DNA of 32,000 bases from Ferroglobus placidus DSM 10642 (GTDB taxonomy: Archaea; Halobacteriota; Archaeoglobi; Archaeoglobales; Archaeoglobaceae), in the NCBI RefSeq assembly GCF_000025505.1, contig NC_013849.1, positions 1,230,001 to 1,262,000 of the forward strand. The letters run 5' to 3'. The notes under the pieces are model-generated. The model did not search any database and was not told the DNA's origin. It worked only from the letters and a program-made list of their open reading frames with translations. The position numbers and the translations under genes were made by a program. Shown here piece after piece: positions 9,002-18,408 of the stretch; within the stretch, counting starts at the first letter, position 1, and each line of letters opens with the position of its first letter.

Positions 9002-9814
9002 ATGAGAATTAGAAGCGGAATTTACGGTTTAGACGAGCTGCTCGGCGGAGGATTTCACAGTAACTCGGTCGTTGTGGTAGTCGGGACTTCCGGCACGGGA
9101 AAAACGATATTCTCCCTTCAAACGCTACTTGAAGGGTTGAGAAACGGAAGCAGGGGAATTTACATTTCTTTCGAATTCGGAGAGAAGGACGTTATAAGGC
9201 TCGCGAAATCTCTCGGCTGGGACGAATTGGAAGATTACATCAATGGCGGGGAGCTCGAAGTTAGAAATTTCTACGCCGAGAACGTTTCGCTTTTAAGCAC
9301 CGATCTCGTTTCCATCGTTAACGGAGCGTCAAAAGCGGATAGAATCGCTATAGATTCATTTACTCCTCTTATTTCTCCGATCGACATTAACGCAAGAAGA
9401 GACGTGAACTGGCTTTTTAGCAAGCTCAGAGAAAAGGAGCTCGCAGTAGTTACGGTTGAAGAACCTTTGAACGGAGATCTCGGAAGACCCGACGTCTCCA
9501 TTCCGGTGTTTTTAGCCGACACTGTGATAAACCTCAAAAATCTCGGCTACGGCGAGCCTTTCAACAGGACGATTCAGATAATAAAGCATCGCGCTTCTTG
9601 GCATGCGGAGGGAGTTTTCCCCTACAAAATTCTCCCGGGTCTCGGAATAGTCGTTGAGGGATACGAAACGGAGGAGGAAGAGGTAGAAGAGATCGTCGAA
9701 AAATTCAGAGGACTTCCGGAAAAAGTAAGAAAACTTGCTGAGGAAATAGCGAAAATAACGGGAAAGGATGCGGAAAAGTACGTAAAATTGCTGATGGAGA
9801 GGTATGAGGTCTAA
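9002..9814 (+). CDS. KaiC/RadA-superfamily ATPase
   Basis: RSGIYGLDELLGGGFHSNSVVVVVGTSGTGKTIFSLQTLLEGLRNGSRGIYISFEF; RIAIDSFTPL Walker B. ATG at 9002 preferred over the TTG at 8990 because TTAATATAC (8969-8977) lies about 29 nt upstream. Confidence 0.85.
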   Translation: MRIRSGIYGLDELLGGGFHSNSVVVVVGTSGTGKTIFSLQTLLEGLRNGSRGIYISFEFGEKDVIRLAKSLGWDELEDYINGGELEVRNFYAENVSLLSTDLVSIVNGASKADRIAIDSFTPLISPIDINARRDVNWLFSKLREKELAVVTVEEPLNGDLGRPDVSIPVFLADTVINLKNLGYGEPFNRTIQIIKHRASWHAEGVFPYKILPGLGIVVEGYETEEEEVEEIVEKFRGLPEKVRKLAEEIAKITGKDAEKYVKLLMERYEV

Positions 9815-10151
9815 AATAGCTGGAATCCTTGAGCCGATAGCTGAAGACGAAGCCATTGCCGGAGTAGTTCTCTACAGAATAGACGGTACTCTGATCTACT
9901 CCAAGCTGAAAAGAGATCCCAAGCTCGTGTTGGCTTTGCACAACCTTGAAGAGCAGATAAAAAGCATGCTTTATTATATATTTACGAGAAACTTAAAGGA
10001 CTCGGTAATTGAAACGGCAGATTTTCGCTTCGATCTGAGACCGATCTCGAAGACCCTTGTTCTCGGAATAATTTATTACCCCTCCCACTATCACAAGCTC
10101 GATGTAGATATCAAAACAATAATAAATAACCTGAGAAGTTACTTGTTCTAA
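9804..10151 (+). CDS. roadblock/LC7-like small protein
   Basis: 115 aa; GVVLYRIDGTLIYSKLKRDPKLVLALHNLEEQIKSMLYYIF resembles the roadblock beta-hairpin/helix pattern; overlaps the upstream ATPase gene. Confidence 0.5.
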   Translation: MRSKIAGILEPIAEDEAIAGVVLYRIDGTLIYSKLKRDPKLVLALHNLEEQIKSMLYYIFTRNLKDSVIETADFRFDLRPISKTLVLGIIYYPSHYHKLDVDIKTIINNLRSYLF

Positions 10152-11488
10152 TGGAAGCAGAAATAGTAACTGTTCCAGGAACGAAAGCGTCTACCGTTAA
10201 CAGATTGCTTCGAAAAAAATTTGAAAGGATTAAATTCAAACCTGACTTCGCTTTGATATTTATTACTTCAAGATTGTATGATGAGCATAAGCATGTTCTC
10301 GATTTTATAAAAAATTCTCTTAAGTGTGATTCTGTGGCGTTTTTCATCGAAGCTTACGGGGGAGAGGAGGGTAGTTGGGCTCAGGGAGTGGCAGTAGCAT
10401 TGTTCAGCGGAGACGTCGGGGTTTTTCAGACAGGAAAGGGGCACATTTTGGAGGAGCTCGAAAGCATCGGAAGGAGACTCAGAAGCTACGATGCGGCGAT
10501 GGCGATATATCCTCTATTTTACTTCCCATCAAGAAGAGAGATTTTCGAAACTATTACGAGAGAGAAATTTTATGCAAGAAGGTACAATTCTTGCTCCGAC
10601 TTAGAATGTAAAAAAAGCGTCCTTGAAAATTTTTCCAATTACCTAATCAGAAATAGAATCGTAATGCCAGCAAACGAAGTTATGAGAGCTTTATCCACTT
10701 CGAAAATACCTGTTGCCGGAATAAATCTTTTCCCGATGGAGGCTCGTTTTAACACGCCAAAGATATTCAGGAATTACGAGGAGATAGGAAGAAACGCCCT
10801 CGTTCTCGGATTCAAGAATGCGAAAGTCCACTTTCACGAAATTTATCCAGAGAGGGGCAAAAGCTTCGAAGAAACCCTCGAAATTTTGGAGAGCGTTTTG
10901 CAAGTTAAGGAAGTTACAAAGGCTGTGAAGAAAGGCGTGGCGATAGGAGAAGTTGGAGGGATGAGGGTAGTGGACTATGCGAGAAAGTTCATGTACATGG
11001 AGGAAATGACCGAAGAAAAATTTGTTTCTGGTATTGAGCGAGGGGAATTTATAACGTATTCTCCTTATGCTCTGGCTTTCGTCAGCAGAGAAACTCACGG
11101 TGTGGCTGGATTGGGGTTAGCTAATGTGCCTATTTCGCTTTATCCTTCTGTTTTTATGCTTGACGGATTTTATGATGAGTGTATTATGGTTGGCGAAGTG
11201 TTTAGAGGAGGTATACAAAAATTTGCAGAAGTTAAAGATCTTAAAACTGATGCGAATATTAGATTTTACTTTATCGATGCAAATACCATTTTAGCTTTTA
11301 GGGGGGAAATATCAGAGATTACGAATGCGATTAAAGCTGAAGAGATAAAAGGAACGAAATGGTTAGCTTTATACGTAACTCCGCCATCAGCGTATTTGCC
11401 AGTGAAGCATAAAAAGTTTCTTTCAGAAATTAACAAAGATATTATGTATTTTGGCTCTGGAACGAATTTACTATTCGAAATAAAATAG
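10151..11488 (+). CDS. FIST-like sensory domain protein
   Basis: 445 aa; FKPDFALIFITSRLYDEHKHVLDFI...DSVAFFIEAYGGEEGSWAQGVAVALFSGDVGVF and long C-terminal half resembling FIST_N/FIST_C layout; shares one base with the roadblock-like gene. Confidence 0.5.
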   Translation: MEAEIVTVPGTKASTVNRLLRKKFERIKFKPDFALIFITSRLYDEHKHVLDFIKNSLKCDSVAFFIEAYGGEEGSWAQGVAVALFSGDVGVFQTGKGHILEELESIGRRLRSYDAAMAIYPLFYFPSRREIFETITREKFYARRYNSCSDLECKKSVLENFSNYLIRNRIVMPANEVMRALSTSKIPVAGINLFPMEARFNTPKIFRNYEEIGRNALVLGFKNAKVHFHEIYPERGKSFEETLEILESVLQVKEVTKAVKKGVAIGEVGGMRVVDYARKFMYMEEMTEEKFVSGIERGEFITYSPYALAFVSRETHGVAGLGLANVPISLYPSVFMLDGFYDECIMVGEVFRGGIQKFAEVKDLKTDANIRFYFIDANTILAFRGEISEITNAIKAEEIKGTKWLALYVTPPSAYLPVKHKKFLSEINKDIMYFGSGTNLLFEIK

Positions 11489-12340
11489 TACTGCATATAT
11501 TATTGTGAAGAAGAAGCCAGCATATACAGTCATCTGAACTCTTCTGGCAAGTTCGAAGGATATTGCCCAATTTTCTTTAGAGCTCTTGACGAAATAGTAT
11601 GCTGGAATTAGAGAGAAAGCTATCGGGAAAATCGGAGATATTTTTATGAATTTTTGTGAAAATGCTGCAAAAGTTATGTAGAACAGTATGTTTAAGCAGA
11701 AGAAAGTTTTTATCAAATTTTCAGCTTCAAAAACAACTCCGAGCGTCTTCCATCCAGCTCTTCTATCTTCACTTATATCTTTTAAATCTTTTATAAATAC
11801 CGTCGAAATAACAAAGGGTGAGAAGGAAAGGGAAAGCAATACAGCCTTATCGTTTATCGGCTTCACGAGGTCGTGGAGAGAAAGAATGAAGGAGGGTACG
11901 CAGACGATATACGTGAGAAGCTCAGTTGCGTAATGCTTCTTCAATCTTAATTTTGTGATCATGTTGTCCGAGTAGAGGAAAGTTAGAAGTAAAACGATGG
12001 TGAAGAGTATTTTTCCGAGCGGAGTCGAGGAGAGGGTGAAGAAAATTACTAACGATAGAGCATATGCTAAGAAAACATATGCAGTTGTAGCCTTTCTAAC
12101 GTTATCGTAAATAAAGGGAGTGTTTTTCCCTGCCTCAAAATCCTCTTTGTAGTCGTTTACGTGATTCCAGAGGTTTAGTGCTGAGTAAAACAGAGACGTG
12201 AACAGAATTACGATAGCGATATCAAGCAAACTCCCATCGGCGAAACCGACGATCAAAATCGGAAGAAGGGGGATAGGATAAAAGATTGTGGGTGGCTTAG
12301 CCGAATATGCTATCACAGCTTTTATTAAATTCTTGTCCAT
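11471..12340 (-). CDS. UbiA-family prenyltransferase
   Basis: NLWNHVNDYKEDFEAGKNTPF and DLKDISEDRRAGWKTLG Asp-rich motifs with multiple TM helices. Confidence 0.85.
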   Translation of the reverse strand: MDKNLIKAVIAYSAKPPTIFYPIPLLPILIVGFADGSLLDIAIVILFTSLFYSALNLWNHVNDYKEDFEAGKNTPFIYDNVRKATTAYVFLAYALSLVIFFTLSSTPLGKILFTIVLLLTFLYSDNMITKLRLKKHYATELLTYIVCVPSFILSLHDLVKPINDKAVLLSLSFSPFVISTVFIKDLKDISEDRRAGWKTLGVVFEAENLIKTFFCLNILFYITFAAFSQKFIKISPIFPIAFSLIPAYYFVKSSKENWAISFELARRVQMTVYAGFFFTIIYAVLFYFE

Positions 12341-12801
12341 ATTTTAGCAATATAATACTAAAACTTTTAAATTTTTGATTCTCTAACTAACAAAGAACAA
12401 CTTCATTCCCTTAAAAGCCTCTTCCACCTTCTTCTCCTTCTTCCTCTCCATCTTCACCACCTCAAAAAACATGCTCCTAAATAAATTTTTAGGTTTATTT
12501 AAATTATAATAATTCTAAATATAATTCAAAATCTATGATTTCCCAAAATAGTTTGATTTCATCGGGCTATTTGGCTGTTGATAAGTTCAACGCCGTCATT
12601 GATTTTACCTAATTACAAATTTGTAATTTCTAAAACTTAAATTTTTCCGTGCAGCTTAAATATTTCAGTTTTTTGAGCTAAAAACGGGAAAGTGCTGTAA
12701 TTTAAACCACCAGCTTAAAAAATGCGTGATGTCGTCTCTTTTCGAGCGTGGTGCATTAGTATTTCAGGTATTTCTGATCGACGGAACAATTTCGTAGTTG
12801 C

Positions 12802-12846
12802 GTGCTGAGAATTTGAGTTCTAAAAATTTCCCGAATTCTCAAGCAC
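12802..12846. repeat. imperfect inverted repeat / hairpin in long noncoding region
   Basis: GTGCTGAGAATT (12802-12813) pairs with AATTCTCAAGCAC (12834-12846), 12 bp with one bulged A, 20-nt loop. Confidence 0.6.
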
Positions 12847-12959
12847 TTGGATACAAATTCAATTCTTCGGCTAATTGAAGGATCAAAAAAGCTGGGCTTG
12901 AATAGCAATTTTGGAGCGGATAAAATTATTTAAAAAGCGCAAGCGTAAATCGATTGAGA

Positions 12960-15251
12960 ATGACGTTCACGGCTTTGATGGAAGAGGTGGAAAAAGCTCA
13001 CGAAATATCGAAGGCTAACAGGCACAGGTTTGCGGTTTTTCTCTGCGCAGATGAGCTGGAAGAGCGTATTTTGAAGCAGGCGAAAAAGATAGTCAGGAAG
13101 GTTAACGCCGAAAACGTCCTCGCTGTCGGAAGAAGCAAGTTCGTTGAAATGGCGAAAAAGCACTTTAAAGGCAAGATCATTCACTACAAAGACACTCCCT
13201 CAGTTTTGGGTGAAACTTACGACGCCTTAATCATCGACATGATGGACGGCTTTCATCCGAACGATTTAGGAATTGTTGTCGAAACGATAAGAGAGGGTGG
13301 AGTTATCGTCGCTCTTTCTCCAAAAATCGAAAAGTGGTTCCATCTGGTTGGGAAGTGGCACGAAGAGCTTGTTAGCGAGCCTTACACTGTTGACGATGTC
13401 GTGCCAAGATTTTACAGAAGATTCATAAAAAAAACGCTTGAAGCTGACGGAATAATTATCTTCGATTCCGACAAGAGGAAGATTCTGAAGAAGTTCACTT
13501 ACAAAAAGCACGAAGCCACGAGGGAAGAAATAGTAATTCCGAGCGAGGAGAGGGAGATAAAGAGGAAGCTCTACAAGTTGTGCGCAACTCAGGATCAGGT
13601 CAGGGTTTTAGAAGCTTTTGAAACGTTCTTCGATAGAAAGAGGGAGAAGAAAGCGGTGGTCATTACTGCAAACAGGGGAAGGGGAAAAACAGCCGTTTTG
13701 GGGATAGTCACTCCCTACTTAATCTCGAGGATGAACAGGGTTTTGAAGAGACCGGTGAGAATTCTTGTCGTAGCTCCAACTCCTTATGCTGTACAAACGT
13801 ACTTTAAATTCTTGAAGAAGGCTTTGGTCAGGCAGGGGATGAAGGAATTTAAGGAGAAGAGGTCGAACGATCTTGTTACAGTAATCAACAGCAAGTGGGC
13901 ACGAGTGGAATATGCCGTTCCGAGGAGGGCGATGGTGGAAAAGGATTACGCCGACATAATTATAGTGGACGAAGCCGCCGGAATCGACGTTCCGGTTTTG
14001 TGGAAAATAGTCGAGGGAGCGAAGTACATGGTCTTCTCAACAACAATTCACGGATACGAAGGAACTGGAAGAGGTTTTGCGATCAGATTTCTGAGAAGGC
14101 TTGAGAAGGACGAGAGCGTCGAAATCGTGAAAATTCACATGGAAGAGCCGATAAGGTACGGAAAAGGAGATCCAATAGAAGCTTGGCTTTACGAGGTGTT
14201 GATGCTCGACGCTCAGCCGGCTAAGATTGAGGAGGAAGACGTTGAAAAGATAAAGAGAGGGGAGCTTGAGTTTGAGGAAATAGATAAAGACGAGTTGATA
14301 AAGAACGATTCGCTGCTTAGGGAGTTCTTCGGAATCTACGTTCTCGCCCACTACAGAAACAGACCCTCCGATCTGGTCATCCTTCTCGACATGCCCAATC
14401 ATCTGCCCCTGAGGGTTAAGGTGAACAACAAGACCGTTTGCAGCTTGCACATCGCGATAGAAGGTAAGATGGACGAAGCTACAATTGAAAAGATAGCCAA
14501 GGGTTACAAGCCGAAGGGACAGATAATTCCCGATTTAATTTTGAAGCACTACTGGAATTACGAGTTTCCGAAGCTTACCGGGATAAGAATTGTTAGAATC
14601 GCAACTCATCCTGATGTGATGGACATGGGTATCGGCAGCTTCGCTTTGAAAAAGGCTGTTGAATGGGCGGAAAGCAAGGGAATGGACTGGGCTGGGAGCG
14701 GATTTGGAGTTTCTCCAGAACTTCTCAGATTCTGGATGAGAAACGGTTTTACTCCCGTTCACATAACTCCTCAGAGAAACGAGGTTTCGGGAGAGCATTC
14801 AGCTATAGTTTTGAAAGCTTTGAACGACAAAGTCTACGAGATGCTTGAGGAGATAAACTCGGAGTTCATAAGGAGGCTTATAGAGCTTCTCGGAGACGAA
14901 TTGAAGGATCTGGAGGTTGAGACGACGAAGCTCCTCCTTTCGAGCATACTAAAGCCGGCTAAAATTCCGAAGCCGGAGTTTGGCAGGGTCGAGAGGAGAA
15001 GAATTAAAAAGTATTTGCAGGGGCAGAGTCTTTACGAGTACACTTCCGATATCATAAAGCCGATGGTTCGCTACTACTACTCTCAGATGGAAAAAATCGA
15101 CCTTGATGAGGATGAGGAAAAGCTGCTAATAGCCAAATGTTTGCAGCTTAAAAGCTGGAGCGAGATTGACGTTGAAAAATCCTACAAGAAAATGGTTAAA
15201 GCAGTGCAAAAGCTGTGGAGGTGGTTCTACGAAGGAGGAGAAGAGGATTAA
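12960..15251 (+). CDS. tmcA: tRNA(Met) cytidine acetyltransferase TmcA-like (ATPase + GNAT)
   Basis: VITANRGRGKTAVLGI Walker A, DIIIVDEAAGIDVPVL, VFSTTIHGYEGTGRGF, GNAT region IRIVRIATHPDVMDMGIGSFALKKAVEWA; TATTTAAAAA about 28 nt upstream. Confidence 0.92.
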   Translation: MTFTALMEEVEKAHEISKANRHRFAVFLCADELEERILKQAKKIVRKVNAENVLAVGRSKFVEMAKKHFKGKIIHYKDTPSVLGETYDALIIDMMDGFHPNDLGIVVETIREGGVIVALSPKIEKWFHLVGKWHEELVSEPYTVDDVVPRFYRRFIKKTLEADGIIIFDSDKRKILKKFTYKKHEATREEIVIPSEEREIKRKLYKLCATQDQVRVLEAFETFFDRKREKKAVVITANRGRGKTAVLGIVTPYLISRMNRVLKRPVRILVVAPTPYAVQTYFKFLKKALVRQGMKEFKEKRSNDLVTVINSKWARVEYAVPRRAMVEKDYADIIIVDEAAGIDVPVLWKIVEGAKYMVFSTTIHGYEGTGRGFAIRFLRRLEKDESVEIVKIHMEEPIRYGKGDPIEAWLYEVLMLDAQPAKIEEEDVEKIKRGELEFEEIDKDELIKNDSLLREFFGIYVLAHYRNRPSDLVILLDMPNHLPLRVKVNNKTVCSLHIAIEGKMDEATIEKIAKGYKPKGQIIPDLILKHYWNYEFPKLTGIRIVRIATHPDVMDMGIGSFALKKAVEWAESKGMDWAGSGFGVSPELLRFWMRNGFTPVHITPQRNEVSGEHSAIVLKALNDKVYEMLEEINSEFIRRLIELLGDELKDLEVETTKLLLSSILKPAKIPKPEFGRVERRRIKKYLQGQSLYEYTSDIIKPMVRYYYSQMEKIDLDEDEEKLLIAKCLQLKSWSEIDVEKSYKKMVKAVQKLWRWFYEGGEED

Positions 15252-15549
15252 TTTCGATCCGGAATTTGTGGAGATGATTTTAAAAAAGGGAAAGACGACG
15301 ACTGTGAGGAGGGGAATTAAGAGATATCCGGTGGGAAAGATAGTTGAGCTCACAGTGAACTACGAACCCTTCGCCAAAGCCAAGATAGAGCGGGTTGTTG
15401 TGAAGAGAGTTTCGGAGCTTACTGACGAAGACGCAAGGAGAGACGGATTCGAAAGCAAAGAGGAGTTGATAAACGCTTTAAAGAAAATTTACGGGAACAT
15501 AAACGAAAACGAGTTCGTTACGATAGTTCACTTTTCGCTGGTGGGGTAA
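15166..15549 (+). CDS. ASCH-domain protein (start uncertain)
   Basis: INFDPEFVEMILKKGKTTTVRRGIKRYPVGKIVELTVNYEPFAKAKIERVVVKRVSELTDEDARRDGF; the homologous part only begins near 15247, inside the end of tmcA. Confidence 0.75.
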   Translation: MTLKNPTRKWLKQCKSCGGGSTKEEKRINFDPEFVEMILKKGKTTTVRRGIKRYPVGKIVELTVNYEPFAKAKIERVVVKRVSELTDEDARRDGFESKEELINALKKIYGNINENEFVTIVHFSLVG

Positions 15550-15565
15550 ATCGTTTTTTGAAAAG

Positions 15566-16174
15566 CTATTCACCGTTTTTCGATTCCTTAGTTTCACCTT
15601 GGGAGAAACCTCCAGATATTATAATTTTCATAGCCTCCTCAACGCTGATGTCCAGATAAATCAGCTCCTCTTCGGGGACCAAAACAACGAGTCCGGAAGT
15701 CGGGTTCGGGGAGGTAGGGATAAAAACGTTGACAAGGTTTTTTCCAGTTTTTTCGCACGCCGCTTTTATCGACTTTCCGGAGGTGAAGCCTATCGCGTAT
15801 AGCCCTTTCCTCGGATACTCGACCAAAACAACCCCACGAATTTTTTCAGCCTCGCCCTCTATAAGCACTTTCACAGCCTCTTTTGTTGCGCTGTAGATCG
15901 TTCTGAGGAGGGGAACTTTTAGAAAGCTTCTCTCAAGTCTTTCGATGATTTTTCGCCCCAAGGCGAATCTACTCAGCAAGCCGAGGATTAGAATCGTCAG
16001 AAAGAGTAATAGCAGGCTAAATCCCGGAACGTAAAATCCCGAGATTTTGTGTACCGCCGGAGAAATTAGGTTTTCGATCCACCTAAAGGTGAAGTAGAGA
16101 ACGAAAATCGATGCAGCCAGAGGCAAGAATATCACCAGTCCGGCAAGCAACGTATCTCTCAGAGTCTTGAGCAT
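15566..16174 (-). CDS. DUF502-family membrane protein
   Basis: LAGLVIFLPLAASIFVLYFTFRWIENL, VPLLRTIYSATKEAVKVL, IPTSPNPTSGLVVLVPEEELIYLDISVEEAMKIIISGG. Confidence 0.85.
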   Translation of the reverse strand: MLKTLRDTLLAGLVIFLPLAASIFVLYFTFRWIENLISPAVHKISGFYVPGFSLLLLFLTILILGLLSRFALGRKIIERLERSFLKVPLLRTIYSATKEAVKVLIEGEAEKIRGVVLVEYPRKGLYAIGFTSGKSIKAACEKTGKNLVNVFIPTSPNPTSGLVVLVPEEELIYLDISVEEAMKIIISGGFSQGETKESKNGE

Positions 16175-16276
16175 GCTTCAAGTTTCTTCGAATGCAAGAT
16201 AATAGTTTTGTTTAGCTTGCATTTTTGCAAGAGAAATTTTATCAAACATATCACTCAAAAATAATCACGATTGTTT

Positions 16277-16969
16277 ATGGCGAATGACGTAGTGCAGAGT
16301 AACCACGAATTCGACCTTGACGACGTTGTATCAAAATTAGAGGGATTGAGGACGCTGATCGTGTACGATTCGAAGTACGTTGTGAGGTCTCTCATTTTTG
16401 GAAAGATTATTCCCCGCTACGCCGATAAAAAGTTGTTCATTGCCGTCTATTCGGACAGCATGATGAGGAGGCTCGGAAAAACTTACGAATCTATTCCAGA
16501 TGCTAACGTGAAAAGGATCTTGGATAGGGCGGCAATAATTAAAGTTGGGTTGAACGAAAGGATACCTTTCGGGAAGCTACACGCTTACGTGGACATACAC
16601 TCCGAATGGTGGGAGGATTTGATTGACGAGCTTTACGAAGTTGGGGACGCGCTTTTAATTTTCCACGGCTTCTCCTTGCTCCCGCTCGTTTACGGGAAAG
16701 AGGCGTGGAAGTATTTAATGGACATCTTCGACGCTCTGCCGGATGAAGTGACTTTCGTGAACAAAATAGCTTCAAACCTTTACGGCGGGGAGGTTAAGCA
16801 GTTCATGGAGCGCTTTCACGATGTAATTCTAAAGATCAGATGGGAGGAGGAATTCTTTCCCGTAGGCAAAACTTATTGGATCGGAGTAGAGCAGAGCATA
16901 ATCTTCGACGTTAAGCCCGGGTACGCGAGATATAAGCTCGTTGGAGAGGACTTGCAGAAAGTCGATTAG
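16277..16969 (+). CDS. conserved archaeal hypothetical protein (possibly DUF257-like) upstream of archaellum operon
   Basis: 230 aa ORF; LRTLIVYDSKYVVRSLIFGKIIPRYADKKLFIAVYSDSMMRRL core fold pattern of a Walker-less ATPase-like protein. Confidence 0.65.
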   Translation: MANDVVQSNHEFDLDDVVSKLEGLRTLIVYDSKYVVRSLIFGKIIPRYADKKLFIAVYSDSMMRRLGKTYESIPDANVKRILDRAAIIKVGLNERIPFGKLHAYVDIHSEWWEDLIDELYEVGDALLIFHGFSLLPLVYGKEAWKYLMDIFDALPDEVTFVNKIASNLYGGEVKQFMERFHDVILKIRWEEEFFPVGKTYWIGVEQSIIFDVKPGYARYKLVGEDLQKVD

Positions 16970-17088
16970 TCTTCGCCGTCTTGCTCAGTTTCGAGAAGCT
17001 GAAATTTTGGTTTCGCAAGCTTTCGCAGATGCTGCATATGCACCTACATAGACAAAAGCAAATTTTGAAGTAGTCACATTTAAGTGTG

Positions 17089-17095
17089 TATATAA
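17089..17095 (+). promoter_or_regulatory. TATA box for the archaellin gene/operon
   Basis: TATATAA about 90 nt before the GTG start of flaB. Confidence 0.45.
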
Positions 17096-17179
17096 CCTGT
17101 TATTCGAAGAACTATATGCTAAAAATCGTTTTTTATTTTTAAAGTAACCTAACTTTTGCCGTGAAGGAGGTGTTGTGGA

Positions 17180-17863
17180 GTGGGTAGGAGAGCTTTGAGG
17201 AAGGACGAGAGGGGAGCGATAGGCATTGAGATACTGATAGTGTTCATAGCGATTGTGCTTGTAGCGGCAGTGAGTGCTGCGGTGCTGATTCAGACCGTCG
17301 GTTATCTACAGCAGAAGGCTACTGCTACCGGAAGAGAAACTACACAAGAAGTTGCAAGTGGTATTAAAGTAGTGAGAGTGTTAGGATATGTTCCGGACCC
17401 TAAGCAGAGTTACAGCAACATAACTAAGCTGGCAATAATCGTTGAAGTGAATACTGGTGGACAGGAGATTGATTTAACGACTACGAGAATAATTCTGTCC
17501 AATGAAACGAAAACGTTAACACTCTACTACGATGATGCAGCGACGAATAAATCATTTACCGATGCATCTACCGGTGTAAGCGATCTATTCGACGATACGC
17601 TGGATGCTTGGGCTTTCTTGGGAAGTACGGAGTTTGGTATAATCGTTCTCCAAGACGAGGACGACTCTCTCTCTGACTCGTATCCTGTATTGAATAAAGG
17701 AGACAAGGTTGCGCTAACGATAAATGTACAATCAGCGTTTGGAACAGGATTCTATCCGAGAGAAGACGTTAGCGGTGAGGTTAGACCTGAACTTGGAGCA
17801 CCAGGAATAATAGAGTTCGTAACTCCACCGGCATACACAACTAAAGTAATAGAACTGCAGTAA
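17180..17863 (+). CDS. flaB: archaellin (class III signal peptide)
   Basis: [47 protein letters not shown] with basic n-region and hydrophobic N-helix; RBS GGAGGTG; first gene of fla operon. Confidence 0.93.
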   Translation: MGRRALRKDERGAIGIEILIVFIAIVLVAAVSAAVLIQTVGYLQQKATATGRETTQEVASGIKVVRVLGYVPDPKQSYSNITKLAIIVEVNTGGQEIDLTTTRIILSNETKTLTLYYDDAATNKSFTDASTGVSDLFDDTLDAWAFLGSTEFGIIVLQDEDDSLSDSYPVLNKGDKVALTINVQSAFGTGFYPREDVSGEVRPELGAPGIIEFVTPPAYTTKVIELQ

Positions 17864-17870
17864 ACCTAAA

Positions 17871-17896
17871 TTTTTTCAAAATTTTTTATTTTTATC
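17871..17896 (+). terminator. T-rich likely transcription attenuation/termination between flaB and the rest of the operon
   Basis: AAATTTTTTCAAAATTTTTTATTTTT immediately after the flaB stop. Confidence 0.45.
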
Positions 17897-17922
17897 ATCT
17901 TCAAAATTTTTGAGGTGGTATC

Positions 17923-18408
17923 ATGCTCAAACTCTTTAGAAGAAAGAAGAAGGAAGAAGAGGAGGTGGTGGAGGAAGAAACGGAGGAGGAAGTTGGAGAG
18001 GTTGAGTCGGTTGAAGAGAAAAAGGAGGAGGAAGAAGACCTGATAATGAAGATTAACGAGAGACTCAACGAAATCGAAAACAGGTTGCCGAGGATCGATG
18101 TGTCGATCTCCAACTTGAAGAGGGAGATAGACGGGTTGAAGGAGAACATTCAGAAGCTTGAAGACTCGATAAAGGACATGATGGCTCTTTACGAAGTAGT
18201 CTCGGCTCAGATAAACCCCTTCGTCGGACAGTCGAAGGTCACTGCAATAAGCGTTGAAAGGCTGAACGAGATGGAGAGGAAAATAAACTCGATCGAGGAC
18301 GTCATAAGAGACTTGCGCCTCGATCTGAGGTATTTGTTTAGGAGTTTTGTAAACGTGAGGGAGATCGTTAACGAGGTAATTTACGAAGAGGTGATAAGTC
18401 TTGAATGA
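17923..18408 (+). CDS. flaC: archaellum protein FlaC/ArlC-like coiled-coil protein
   Basis: KR/E-rich N-terminus, coiled coil, conserved LYEVVSAQINPFVG. Confidence 0.8.
   Translation: MLKLFRRKKKEEEEVVEEETEEEVGEVESVEEKKEEEEDLIMKINERLNEIENRLPRIDVSISNLKREIDGLKENIQKLEDSIKDMMALYEVVSAQINPFVGQSKVTAISVERLNEMERKINSIEDVIRDLRLDLRYLFRSFVNVREIVNEVIYEEVISLE

Noticed and set aside
12705-12780. Box C/D-like pattern (cGTGATGt ... CTGA) in the region upstream of tmcA
   Set aside because: C' and D' boxes do not match consensus and there is no convincing terminal stem; chance in AT-rich DNA is likely.
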